This document shows positions 27,305 to 40,249 of a DNA stretch of 64,000 nt, piece after piece. Under the pieces are notes generated by a model. The model was not told the DNA's origin and searched no databases. It worked only from the letters and a program-made list of their open reading frames with translations. Origin of the DNA: Octopus sinensis (Eukaryota); the NCBI RefSeq assembly GCF_006345805.1, contig NC_043006.1, forward strand, positions 61,318,001 to 61,382,000, in the 5' to 3' direction. The translations under genes and the position numbers were made by a program. Position 1 is the first letter of the stretch. Every line of letters begins with the position of its first letter.

Positions 27305-28514
27305 TAATGTGTAAAATAGCATTGTAGCAAAATAGACCTATAGAAAATATCTTCCTTCTTGGGCTCTTTCTATATATAAAGGTAATTGCAATTAGAAAAT
27401 TTTTAATACAAATGAGCCTATGTACTGTAAAACAGAACGATTATCTAGAAATCATATACTTAGGATACTTTCGTGTTAATGATTGACATAAATTACACAC
27501 GCTCCTTGCTTTCTAGGTTGTTCGGCTTGAAATACCGACAGAAGAATGATTTAAAAACGTCAAACTTGTTGCGTAATTCAGTATAGTCACATAATATTAT
27601 CAAATGATATTTTTTCAGAGAACATTGTATACGTATAATCCTCTTTTCCAAGGAATATCACGACTCTAACAAACTAGAAAACTGTAATGCAGATCCCAGA
27701 AACGGCCTTATATTAAGTTTTGAAATCTGTACACGAAATCACTATATCACATTTAAACCAAGTGAATGTAATTATGATTATAACTTGCTAAATTTAATTT
27801 AGAATAATTGAGCTTATTTTATAAGCTTTCGTGGTTTATTAATTTTGAAAACGTTCTGATTATTCAATAATATATGTGAAAATGAATAGGCCTCATATAA
27901 TTTTTCTTCATATTAAGTTACAAGTTTATCTCTCTTTGAAATATTACATTCACTGTCGAAGCCACATAAGTGTATAATAAATTATAGACTTATAAATTGA
28001 GTATTTATAAATTATGGAAGCAGAAAAGAAAAAAAACAATAATTAACGATAATTAATAAATATTGAATGGTTATAATTTTGCACGGAAGGTAATGTTATC
28101 ATATACAATTTCATAAAATGTAAGAATTGTGAAATAAAACATCTAGAGTCAACAGATCCACCCTTCCTCTTCCTAATAGAATGAAAATTGTCTAAATTTA
28201 TAGAGTTTAAAAACAACGGTGAGAAATAAACTAAGCGAAATGGCAAATTTATATTCGTGTATTTAACTATATCAAGCGTTATTAGCATTAAAACTATATA
28301 GAATGTCGTATTAAGCTTCTACCTCTAATTAACAACATACGTTATGTAGCCGAAACAGTGAAAACTATAAAACGTTCAATAGCTAAATATTACATGCAAC
28401 TCTACATTTTTTGTATAATTTACATAATTGCATTTTAGTATATATGAAAGTAATATACGATCAGATTACTTGAAGTTGAACAATACGGATCTTTGTCACA
28501 CTATCTTCTACAAT

Positions 28515-28682
28515 GAATTGCAGTCAGAATTATAGTTTTGCCACAAGGGCAGCCATTTTGGGGGATGGGATACGTCGATTACATCGATCCCAGTGTTTCA
28601 CTGGTAGTTAATTTATCGACCCCGAAAGAAAGACAGGCAAAGTCGACCTGGGCGGAATTTTAAGAATCGCAGTCAGAATTAT
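28515..28682 (-). mobile_element. 5'-truncated SINE family B with 19-bp TSD
   Basis: gtcgattacatcga.cccagt and ttaatttatcgaccccgaaag blocks match family B. Flanks gaat(t/c)gcagtcagaattat at 28515-28533 and 28664-28682. Confidence 0.7.
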
Positions 28683-29353
28683 GATATCGAACAAATCATT
28701 ATGTACAAATTTTTGTCATCCGATACATTTTAACATCCTAAATTACTAAAATTATACGGCAGCTTCCGTCATTATTGTTTTATAAGACAACTGTTTCTAG
28801 TTTTATAAATTTTTAAACAAAATAATTGAAATTTGAGAGGTTGAATAAAATGTACAATTGGTGAAACTGTTTTAGTTCGAGTCGACAACAATTACTCCAT
28901 AAGGGATTCCGTTGATGAATGCACGTACCCCACATTCGTTTTAAAAATTTAGGCTCTTGTTTTTCCTCTCATTTTGAAAGAGAATGAAAGCGGAGTTGTC
29001 AGTAGCTAAGGCGTTCATGCGAACTAATGATCGAGGGAGGAATATGTGGTGTGAGTTCTGAAGCTTGAAAGATAAGAAGAGCTAAAGTGTTACTAAAGTT
29101 AACGGAAAGGAAATGATACAGAGCTGACGAGAAAAGTAGACGGAATAACTGAGTGAAGCCCTGCAGAGATTTCACGGAAGATTTGACTCTTGGAAAGATT
29201 ATCAAAAGGGTGTTGATGACATCTGAGATTATTGAAAACTTGTGGATACCTAAGGTTACAGATAATAACCTGCTGCCCACATAAATTTTATCCGCATAAA
29301 AGAAAAACCGAATAATAATAATGATAATGTCGATGATCATGATGATGATGATG

Positions 29354-29419
<66 letters not shown>

Positions 29420-29431
29420 TAATAGTAATGA

Positions 29432-32114
29432 TAGATTCGGTTCTTGGGTTATTCCAGATGAGAAATATATCTGAAATTAACAAGATTATTTGGGTTGCAG
29501 CTATGGTTGCTGCAGATAGGGTTGGATACAAAATAAAAGAACAAACAGAAGGGAAAGAACCATGATGGTGTAGACGAATTTGTGAGAAGCAAACAAGTTA
29601 AAAAGACATTTAGGACAAGTTATTAGATTGAGAAGGGAATTGCAGAACGAAAGAATAAGAATAATACTGGAAAGAACATATAGAATAAGAGATAAAGGTT
29701 ATAATACTGGGTTGTCCAGAAAGTTTGTGCTGATTTATAGTAGCTTACCTTTCGACTTATTTTAGAACATGTTTGAGTCCATAAGATAGGATTTTGCTAC
29801 ACCTCCATTTAGAGCACAGTTTAAGCTTTCTTTTCGTGAAAGAAGATTTATGTTCCTATGACCTGTGTTAATTCTGTAACCCTTTAAAATGGAAGATAAG
29901 AAAGTTCATTTTCGGCGCCTGATGCTTTGGAAACTAGACAAAAATTGCTGCAGCTCGGCTGAGATGTGTTACCTCACCCTTCATATTCACCAGATATTGC
30001 TCCTTCAGATTTCCACTTATCCAGATCTCTGCAGAATAGTCTTCATGGTAAAACCTTTAATTCCTTGGATGACGTTAAAAGATACTTTGATGAATTATTT
30101 GCCATGAAACCACCCCAATTCTAGGGAGAGGGTATTTTCAAGTTAAAGGAAATATGAAACATTTTGCTGCATTGTGCAACAAAATGGTTCACATTTGGTG
30201 GATTAAATATGTAATGGCAAGAATTTATTGACATTTTTCTTTCCTTTAAAAGTCGGCATAAACTTTCTAGACAACCCAATATAATATTGGAAGAATTGAA
30301 ACCAAGAATAGTAGGAATCAAACCGGAAAGACATGACAATAGAAAAAGACAGTTAAGGTAAAACAGATTGTTTGAAGCAAATCAGAAGAAACTGTTTCAG
30401 GAAGTAGATGGGCAAATACAGGAAACATTGATGTCAGATGCAGAGGAAATCAAAGTATTCTGGAGTGGGATCTTGGACCAATCTGTAGAGCATAATGATG
30501 ATGCTGAGTGGCAACAAGAAATCTAAGATAAATTAAGAAATATAGAACTCCAAGAAGACAGACAAATACAGAAATGATATAAAAAGCAATTAAAGAAATT
30601 CCCAAATTGGAAGAGCCCAGAACTGGATGGGTCCAAGGGTATATGACGAAGAAATTGAGAGGGATTCATGAAAGGATAACTCAACAGTTAAATGAATGCT
30701 TGCAGGAAGACGTAGTACCTAGCAGGATGACAAAGGGAAAGACATTGTTATGAGACAAGGATTCCAAAAAGGGAAATGTTGCAGCCAACCTTAGACAAAT
30801 AATGTGCCTTCCGCTAATGTGAAGACTAATTCCAGGCACTGTGGCTGGTAAACTGTATAGATACTTCGGACAAAGCAATCTGCTACCGTTTAAAAACAGA
30901 GGGTGCCGAAAAAGTAGCCGGGGAACGAAGGATTAGCTTTTAATTCATAATCAAATTATAAGGTACCGCAAGAGAAGAAATACAAATCTGAGCATGGCAT
31001 GGGTTAACTATCGCAGTTTACGATAGGATACAACACTCTTGGAAAATAAGAACAATGGAAATGTATGGAGTAGCTGAGAATATGAGAAATCTGATATGGA
31101 ATAGCATAAAATACTGGAGAACGGAATTGGCAGCAGAGAAGCTAGGACTTGGAAAGGTGAAAATCAAAATAGGAATATTCGAGAGAGGCAGTGCCCCCCT
31201 CCCCTCATTGATATTCATGCTGGAAATGGTTCCCTTGAGTGAAATACTACAGAAAGTTGGGAGTATGATCTGGGAAGCTACTTGCTAAAAGAAAATGAGT
31301 ACCTGCAGCGAGTGAAAGAAATATTGGCTTCAAAGCTGAATGCCAGAAATATAATTTCGACTATAAAAACGCGCGCAGTTGCAGTAGTTCGGTATGGCAC
31401 TGGAATCCTGACTTGGACAGAAGAGGAGCTAAAGGAGGACAAGAAGTCAAGAAATCTCCTAACGATGCATGAAGCCTATCATCCACGTGCAGACCTTGAT
31501 TACCTATACGTGAAGAGAGCAAATGTAGGAAGGGGACTGATAAGTGTAGAAGACTGCATGCGTATCGAACACGAGAGTTTAACGAGATACCTAACTCAAA
31601 GTAAGGAAACTGTGCTAGTGTCAGTTAGGAACGCGGGAGTATTGAAAGCAGAGAAAAAAGGAAAAACAAAGGAATTAGTACAAAAAGGACATGAAGAATA
31701 ATTACGCAATCAATTTCCTGTAGTCACAACGGAAGTTGCTGGAAAAATAGGTAAGACTGGCTGATAAAAGAAACTCTAAAAAAAAAAGGGATCGAGATCA
31801 CTATACTACCAGTGCAGTAGAGTGATCTTTGGCAATGAAAGGGATCATCAATCTCTGGATGGAACAAGCGTCGCCTCTGTATCACATCTGCAATAGAGTG
31901 GATGAAACCATTGCCAATTCCACGAACGAATTCGCTAGACGTGCCCAAAACCGTTACAAGTTGTGGCGACACGACCAGCTATCGAAAGTGCTACACTGGA
32001 AACTGTGCAAAACGTTGGGGATAGAGAAAGGCAAGACGTGGTATGAGCACAAACCGCAGATAGTGACAGAACCGGAGACTAGCAAAATCTTATAGGAATT
32101 CTCATTCCAAACAG
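29432..32114 (+). mobile_element. Dong/R4-clade non-LTR retrotransposon relic, interrupted by a mariner; RT catalytic motif region deleted
   Basis: NISEINKIIWVAAMVAADRVG..KEP*WCRRI; LFEANQKKLF; NWKSPELDG; RQIMCLPLM; GCRKSSRGTKD; EYLQRVKEILASKLNARNIISTIKTRAVAVVRYGTGIL..HPRADLDYLYVKR..GRGLISVED; RHDQLSKVLHWKLC..WYEHKP..KIL. No Y(M/V)DD seen between 31260 and 31285. Confidence 0.9.
29707..30279 (+). mobile_element. Internally deleted mariner (573 bp) with TIRs and TA TSD
   Basis: TIRs ctgggttgtccagaaagtttgtgctgattt / aagtcggcataaactttctagacaacccaa. TA at 29705-29706 and 30280-30281. Encodes MEDKKVHFRRLMLW joined to HPSYSPDIAPSDFHL. Confidence 0.92.
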
Positions 32115-33185
32115 ATTAATATGAAATTATTGTTTCATGAAGTTATTACTTGTATCTATATGCGTGTAACTGATGATGCCTTGAAAGTGCTGTTCATGTT
32201 GGCCTAGACTGCTATACGTTTTCGTTTACTGGGGTGTTTATAATGGTGATATTTGCCAAGTTGGAGATTTTTGTAGTTTTGTTGGTGCAGAATGTGAGGA
32301 TGTGAGGCGGTTCATTGTTTTCTTTGTCTCTTCCTGTAATCTCTTTGCTTTTAGTTTAGTATCATTCGCTTTCCATTTTTGAACGTTTTTACTTTTTTCT
32401 TTCACCACTAGTCATCCTGGTGGTTTTCCCAAACCATTTTTATCAATAGACATATTTTACAGTTGGCGAAATCTGTTGCAGGGGTAGCAAGAGTTATGTC
32501 TGCACAGTTACCAATTTCTAACCTGATCAACGGATCGACTGGAGTGTGTGAGCTCCTCTCGCCTGCGATGGCGGATATGATGCTTTTGTTTTTCTCTTGT
32601 GAGGTACAGGCGCCTACTGTTGATACTGTCGAATGGATATATCCTGATGCTCTCTCTGTTGATGATTGTAATTGGTGCTATTGGGGGTGTCAGCATACTT
32701 GCTGGGCGTTTTTGTTGCCTTTCGTTGATATTGTTCTTTTCTGGTGATAGCACTGTTGAAATTTTTAGCATCGGAAAATTATCTTCATACTTTTCCTGTA
32801 CAGTGCTGTAGCTGGTGATGTTGTTCACGTTGTTGCTGTTCTGTTTTCGCTGTCATTGCAATTGCAGTTGCTGCTGCTGCTGTTGCTGTGGCAACTGTCA
32901 CTCATCTTTTTTTTTTAATTTCGCTTTTCCCTTCTGCGGATAGCTGCTTCTTCTTTTCAACAGATAAAAAAATCACCATCCTAATTTTTGAGGAGTGTGT
33001 TTGCTATACAAATCTCAGTTAGCCCATAAGGGCTACAGCCGGAAAACTAACTAGCTCCTTAAGGTTCTGATAACAAAGGTGCAATATAAAATCTTGTATA
33101 ACATTAGAAATAATAACAAAGTTGCCAGAGTTATGTACGTTACGTGTCTACGTGCCCATAGGCGATCAAACAAAATAATGATGAT

Positions 33186-33189
33186 GATG

Positions 33190-33269
<80 letters not shown>

Positions 33270-33672
33270 GAAGAAGAAGAAGAGAAGAAGAAGAAGAAGA
33301 AGAACAACAACAACAACAACAACAACAATAACAATAATAATAACAATGATAATAAGAAATGGAGAAACTTTCTAAATACCTGGAAAAAGATGTAATTCGA
33401 AAGAGGAATCTAAAGACAGAAACAATTCCTATCATAGTAGGCGCATTAGGTATGACAAAAAATATTCAGACAAATACATAACAAAACCACCAGGACCAAC
33501 ATATATATATATTACATACAGAAAATAGTAGTACTAGGCACCGCACACATCCTACGTAAAACACTTTCAATACAGTGAAAATAAGATCATCACAACAAAT
33601 CATAGCACATACCCGAGGCACACAGAGCAGTACTCGCTATTGCAGTGAAAGCGCGTGATAAGAATAAGACTA

Positions 33673-33723
<51 letters not shown>

Positions 33724-34165
33724 TAATAATAATAATAATAATAAGAAGAAGAAGAAGAAGAAGAGAAGAAGAAGAACAACAACAACAACAACAATAACAA
33801 TAATAATAACAATGATAATAAGAAATGGAGAAACTTTCTAAATACCTGGAAAAAGATGTAATTCGAAAGAGGAATCTAAAGACAGAAACAATTCCTATCA
33901 TAGTAGGCGCATTAGGTATGACAAAAAATATTCAGACAAATACATAACAAAACCACCAGGACCAACATATATATATATATTACATACAGAAAATAGTAGT
34001 ACTAGACACCGCACACATCCTACGTAAAACACTTTCAATACAGTGAAAATAAGATCATCACAACAAATGATAGCACATACCCGAGGCACACAGAGCAGTA
34101 CTCGCTATTGCAGTGAAAGCGCGTGATAAGAATAAGACTACTGAATAATAATAATAATAATAATA

Positions 34166-34218
<53 letters not shown>

Positions 34219-34220
34219 GG
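33186..34220 (+). repeat. ~466-bp tandem duplication of compound microsatellite plus Dong/R4 3' end
   Basis: ggagaaactttc at 33361 and 33827. Each unit is (AAT)n(AAG)n(AAC)n plus EMEKLSKY..KTETIPIIVGALG..GTAHILRKTLSIQ* and 3' UTR. Two substitutions seen between the unique parts. Confidence 0.9.
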
Positions 34221-35152
34221 AATGATAACAATAATAATAATATTAATGATGCTGATGATGATGATGATGATGATGATGATATTAATAATAATAAATTTTA
34301 ATCTCTGCCCTCTACAACAACCAACAGTTATTTGATTAAAATTTTTCTTTTTTTAGATAATGTGAGTTGTATTGAAACATACGCATTTTAAATTAAGAAA
34401 CATGATCGATAATATTTTCGTTATGATTAGGCCTTTTTATGAATTTTACTTGAACTATTTCCCTTTAATTAAATAACAGTGTACATATCCGTTAACAGGT
34501 ACAATCAAATTATCAACAAAATGAAATATACTTAGAAATAGAATTTGACAATATGATTATGAAAAAAAAACAAAAAAACAAAAGAACTTTTGTATAAAAT
34601 ACCACTCTGTGAAAAGAATCGATTTACAACCATTAATATCTTAGGAATTATGAATACTAATGAGTTCAGCTGGTTTAATTATTTACGATAACGTGCCAGT
34701 CAATACAAAATACATTCATCATATTTTAGATATATACTGCGTATTAATAAAAATTTAAATGTCGAAGGTTGACCAAATGAGCTGACAAATTGATGAGCAT
34801 TAACATTTCAAAGAAAAGAATTATGAAAAGTTAACAAATAAATTTAAATGAAGAATTGTTATGTATGTGTTTTGTTAACTCTCCTCTTGTATGAAGATAA
34901 AATGGCGCAATGTTTTATAATTGTTTGAGTATGGATTTACCGAAAAAAAACTTCCAGTGTAAGATTAGATAATTTCTTCAGTATGTAAGTTTAAGCTCAA
35001 AATCTATTCTGTTGGTGACAAGTTTTCATTGTACGAAGTGATGAGATGTGCAATTATAGCGTACTCCAAACATACATACATACATACAAACATACATACA
35101 TACATACATACATACATACATACATACATACATACATACATACATACATACA

Positions 35153-35495
35153 TACATAGGCTGATCAAAATACACTCATCGAATGTGACCAAATGATGTT
35201 CATTTTCCAACTTGATCCCACTTGCTTTTCACAAATTTCTTCTCTTGCCATTGCAATTATTTATCATTGTTAGGATATTTCTGTGTTTAATTTGTCCCTT
35301 GTGATCTTTTGTTAGAGATGGGGATGAATGAGCTTGTCTTGTCGGTGTTTCTTCCTCAATTAATTTATAAGTCATCGTAAATGGGATAGTATTTCTCAGC
35401 CAAGTGATTTTTCATGTTATGTAATGGTAGTCAGATGGGGGCCAAATCAGAATAGAGATGTTGAATGAACTGCTCAGTAGGTAAAAATGAGGAAC
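35153..35495 (-). mobile_element. Mariner 3' end relic containing a foreign 119-bp insert
   Basis: Minus strand: LYSDLAP(fs)SDYH..NMKNHLAEKYYPIYDD, then the insert, then LQWQEKKFVKSKWDQVGK* and a TIR-like end gagtgtattttgatcagcctatgTA. Confidence 0.7.
35251..35369 (-). repeat. 119-bp perfect inverted copy of 39677-39795
   Basis: Base-by-base identity over 119 bp; both flanks unrelated. Confidence 0.97.
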
Positions 35496-35505
35496 TATGT
35501 GTTTT

Positions 35506-35691
35506 GATAGTGACTGTGAGGCAAGAAGCTTGCTTTCCAACGACATGGTTCCAGGTTCAGTCCTACTTGGGCAAGTGTTCTATACTATATCCTCGGGGCG
35601 ACCGAAGTCTTATGCGTGGATTTGGTTGACAGCAACTGAAAGAAGCCTGTCGTGTGTATATACATATATGTGCGTGTGTGTGTGTGCGTGT

Positions 35692-35727
<36 letters not shown>

Positions 35728-35951
35728 ATCTATGTGTCTTTGTGCCTGCTTTACACCGCTTTACAACCGCTTTACAACCGATGTCAGTGTGTTTGCGCCT
35801 CTGTAACTTAGCAGTTCGGCAAAAAACAAAAGATTAAGTATTGGGCTTAAAAGATATGTCCTAGTGTCGATTTCTTCGAGTAAAACCGTTGACGGTTGGG
35901 CCTTAGGTGGGCCGTAGTCAAATGACTGAAACAAGTGAAAGATAAAAGATA
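35506..35951 (+). mobile_element. tRNA-derived SINE, family A (copy 3, diverged)
   Basis: catggttccaggttcagtcc, gggcaagtgt, ctgaaagaagcc, (TG)n, gcagttcggcaaaa, aatgactgaaacaag blocks. Confidence 0.8.
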
Positions 35952-36114
35952 ACCGCTATACTGGTTTCACTCCGGAAACTATGCGGCATTTATTGCTATA
36001 AATTTGACCACTACAAATGTCGTACGCGCCCTAGGAGGTGCGTAAATGAAAATTGAACCATGGCCAGTCCGTGTACTTTCTTTCATTAAACTATATTTAC
36101 TTATACTGCATCTA

Positions 36115-36343
36115 AAGGCAGCGAGATGGCAGAAACGTTAGCACACCGGGCGAAATGCGTAGCCGTATTTCGTCTGCCGTTACGTTCTGAGTTCAGATTC
36201 CGCCGAGGTCCACTTTGCCTTTCATCCTTTCAAGGGTCGATAAATTAAATACCAGTTACGCACTGGGGTCGATGTAATCGACTTAATCCGTTTGTCTTGT
36301 TTGTCCTCTTTGTGTTTAGCCCCTTGTGGGTAGTAAAGAAATA
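36115..36343 (+). mobile_element. Full-length tRNA-derived SINE, family B, with 23-bp TSD
   Basis: A-box-like tggcagaaacg and B-box-like gagttcagattcc. Flanks tatatttacttatactgcatcta (36092-36114) and tatattttcttataccgcatcta (36344-36366) match 21/23. Confidence 0.85.
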
Positions 36344-36793
36344 TATATTTTCTTATACCGCATCTATAATTTCTTGATCTATACTCTCATGTATTCGTCT
36401 TTTCGCTATGTGCTTGTGTCTTCTATCTCAGATCATAATGTATCGTAAATATAAAGGAAACTAGCAAAATGTATTTAATTTGGAGACATTGTAATGGACA
36501 TTGGTTTTTTTTAAACAATTGCATAACTTTAAACATTGTTCGATAAGCTAAGTATAGTACTAAAAATACTTAGGAAGTGAAAGAAAATAACGTGCATAAA
36601 AAGTTTAAAGGTTTAGTGCTATTAACGATCAATACATTTTTTTTTAGCATGTTTACCAAAGCCGATGAATAAGTTTAGTCAATCGATTTGTTTGTAAAAC
36701 AAGATAACAGGACTGAGTGTGGACATACATGTTGCGTATACAGAATGGATGTAATGACGCATACAAATGTAATTATGTATGTAAATATGTGTA

Positions 36794-36831
<38 letters not shown>

Positions 36832-36950
36832 TGTTGATTGCAAAGATGTGTCATGGTATGTTTATACATAGGTATCCCAAAAGTCATTCGGCCCAAAGAC
36901 ACGCATACGCATGCACAGACATCCCTCTTCACACGCACCCAAGACTATGA

Positions 36951-36982
<32 letters not shown>

Positions 36983-37534
36983 GTGTGTGTGTGTGCATGT
37001 GTGTGTGTGTGTATTTACACATACGTATACATTATATTTATGCCTCCATGTTTACGTATGTCAAATCATGTTTTCTACTCTAATTATACGTGTGTATGTC
37101 TGAATATATCTTAGTGTGTCTGCGTTTCTGTCTGCATGCATTTGTGTGTGTATGTCCGAGTGTTTACATGCGTGTATACAACTGTTTGTTGTTTTTGTGT
37201 AAAGTTACTACCGAAGTGTTTTCCTATTTGCTAATGTACAAATGTATGACATACACACACACGCACACATAAACTCAGGCACACGTACATGTATGCACAC
37301 ACACACACACATGTATACACATACACTCACACATATATACACACACAAAGTAAACAACAGGTTGTACAGTGCACCGGTTGGATAAATCAAAGGTAGAATA
37401 GAAAGAACACAAGAAATGGAAACCAGCAGAACACATGTACAGGTATGTATGTATGTATGTATGTGTGGATTTATATGTATATGCATATATAGATATCTAT
37501 GCATATCTGTATATCTATATATATGTATATATGC

Positions 37535-37633
<99 letters not shown>

Positions 37634-37740
37634 ATATATGTATATATGTATATATGTATATATATATATGTATGTATATATGTGTATATATATATGTATG
37701 TCTATATATGTATATATGTATATATATGTATATATGTATA

Positions 37741-37786
<46 letters not shown>

Positions 37787-38184
37787 TGCATGTATTAATG
37801 CATGTATGCATGTATACAGGTAATTGTTTATGTGTCTGTATGCGTAAAAGTGGGATTGTGGGTGCTTGCATGGATGTGTGCTTTGTGATGCACAAGGCCT
37901 GCAAGCAGCATTCTTTTAATTTGCCACAGTTATTCATCTCTGAACTTAGACTGTAAACTTGCTGCGAGACATAACAAGAGTGAAAAACAGACACACATTA
38001 GGATTTCAACAAGCCAAAAACTTTTAATTTGCTGACAAACTATTAGATAAAACAATACTTAGATAATTGAAATGTGTTTCGCCCCCAGAATAAAAGGAAA
38101 ATCAACTATCGACAATACGGAAACACTACCTCGTGTGTAGTCGGAAAGCATGCTAGATGAACATATATGTGTGAGTGTGTGAGT

Positions 38185-38227
<43 letters not shown>

Positions 38228-38504
38228 GGAGTGTGTGTGTGTGTGTTTGTGTGTGTGTGTATATATATATCTATATACAGAGAGTGAGATTGTGAGAGAG
38301 AGAGAGAAAAAAAAACTTACATCGCTTATGTAGTACATTGTTTGATATATTCTTTACGTAAGTCTACTCTTCATGCGTTATCCTTAACTTCGCCACCACC
38401 ATCACCGTTGTCGCCATTCCAATTATCATCGTCCTCAATATAATCATCATCACCATTATTGTTTTTGTTACTGCTGTAGTTATAGTTGTTTTTGTTTTTA
38501 TTGT

Positions 38505-38715
38505 AATTGTGGTGGCAATCTGTCAGAGTCGTTAGCGCGTCATACAAAACGTTTGACGAAATTACTTCGAAGTATTATTGTTGTAAGTTCCATTCAACTT
38601 TGGTCTTCATCCCTTGTGACTCGATGAAATAAAATACCGGTAGTGTATTAGGGTCGATATAATCGACTCGCTCTTATCATCAAAAATTCCTAGTCTTGAA
38701 CCAGAACTTAAAATC
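38505..38715 (+). mobile_element. SINE family B, heavily diverged
   Basis: gtcgttagc, cttcatccc, ataaaataccggt and gggtcgatataatcgact blocks. Confidence 0.5.
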
Positions 38716-38989
38716 ATAATTATTATTGTTGCTGTACTTGTTTTTGTTTTTTCTTCTTTTTTGTTGTTGTTGCTGTTGTTATTATTGCTTTCATTGCCCT
38801 ATCGACTGCAGTTCGGTGTACCTTGGGAATACATTGCATTATTAGATTTTGTTACTTTAATTAGTTTAATCATTTTGAAAAAAATCATGCGTAATGTGAG
38901 TGAGCTTTCTAGAATGGTAGTTTTTTTTGCACGTTATGTATATTTATAGCTTCCCTTGTTTTGATTATATATGCTTTATGTTTTATCAT

Positions 38990-39490
38990 TTCAAAAGCAA
39001 CCATGATTACAGAGATAGGTTCTGTTATTAGATACCACATCCTGGTTATTCTTATTTCTAAATCTTTTTATGTAGATAATATTCGATTTTCTTTTTGAGA
39101 TATATCATCATGTCTTAGGACTGATATGTGGAATAAGAAACATATCTTTTCATGGTGGCCTATGAGAACAATATCTGGTCTGTAAACCTTGATCTTCCTA
39201 CCTAAGTATGTTGGTATATCCGATAAACCAATACATTAGACTGTGATTGCTTTGCCCTTTGGGAAGATCTTTATTGGTCTATGCCTTTACGTTTGGTATT
39301 TCATTTGCCAAAAATAAATTCTATTATATCTCAGAACTATGTTATCTTTGTTGATTATCTTCATTCATGGCTAAGACTGTGCAGCCAGAATCAATGCTGT
39401 TAATTATTTCTTCGCCATTTCATCATATTCTATAAATATTTTGTGCATTCTGATTCATTATAAGCCTTCTCGGATTTCTGTCGGGGAGTC
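38990..39490 (-). mobile_element. Dong/R4 3' relic (zinc knuckle / REL endonuclease region)
   Basis: Minus strand: DSGCTVLA..GRKIKVYRPDIVLIGHHEKICFLFHISV..(fs)KDLEIRITRMWYLITEPI. Confidence 0.75.
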
Positions 39491-39499
39491 TTTAATCCT

Positions 39500-39830
39500 G
39501 TGCTGCAATCAAATTCGTAGAAAATTCATTCAAATAGTTACGTATCAGGAACATATTTTCTGTCTTCATGGCTGACAATAAATACAAAACTTGCGTTGAT
39601 TGATAAATAACCATGGAGAAAATAAATAAGCAAAAAGAGATACTGTAAAACAGGTAGAATCTCACAAAGTTGCTACTATAAATTAATTGAGGAAGAAACA
39701 CCGACAAGACAAGCTCATTCATCCCCATCTCTAACAAAAGATCACAAGGGACAAATTAAACACAGAAATATCCTAACAATGATAAATAATTGCAAAACTC
39801 ATTTGAAGAGTTTCCCTGAAAGAGTAATTC
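39500..39830 (+). mobile_element. PLE pre-RT relic (likely donor of the 119-bp insert)
   Basis: TKDHKGQIKHRNILTMINNCKTHL resembles the PLE pattern LKDHK.NF...CRLINP.KS. The frame continues past 39795. Confidence 0.55.
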
Positions 39831-40249
39831 GCTTCAAACATAACAACTAACTGCAGGTGTCAGGAATCGGCAGGAACTGAGCAAATCGTTATCTCTAGTA
39901 GGTTTGTATGAGCATCTTATTAGCAAAATGCCTTCAACAATTAGCGACAAAATGGCACCGAAGTAAGGAATTCATAGGCCTCAGTGCTCTTGAACTCAAT
40001 ATATAATCCTAGATTCAAAAGACTTGCTTCGGATTGGGAAACACGTAGCTTCTAACAGCTCTTATTTCTATTGATAAAACTGACCCCGCGTAAAATATCT
40101 GTTTCAGTGCTTTAAGGTTCTTAGTTGTAAGCGCAGTTATACAGAGTGTTTAAGATAAATTTAAGGACATGTTATGCCTCCTTTTTTCAGGAACAGTTTG
40201 AAATACGGGTGAGCAGTCAACGATTTGGAGAGCATAACTATTTAAGTTG

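Noticed and set aside
28985-29310. Possible CR1-like LINE fragment on the minus strand
   Set aside because: Only vague similarity (KSQIFREISAG) and no diagnostic motif, so it is not listed as a feature.
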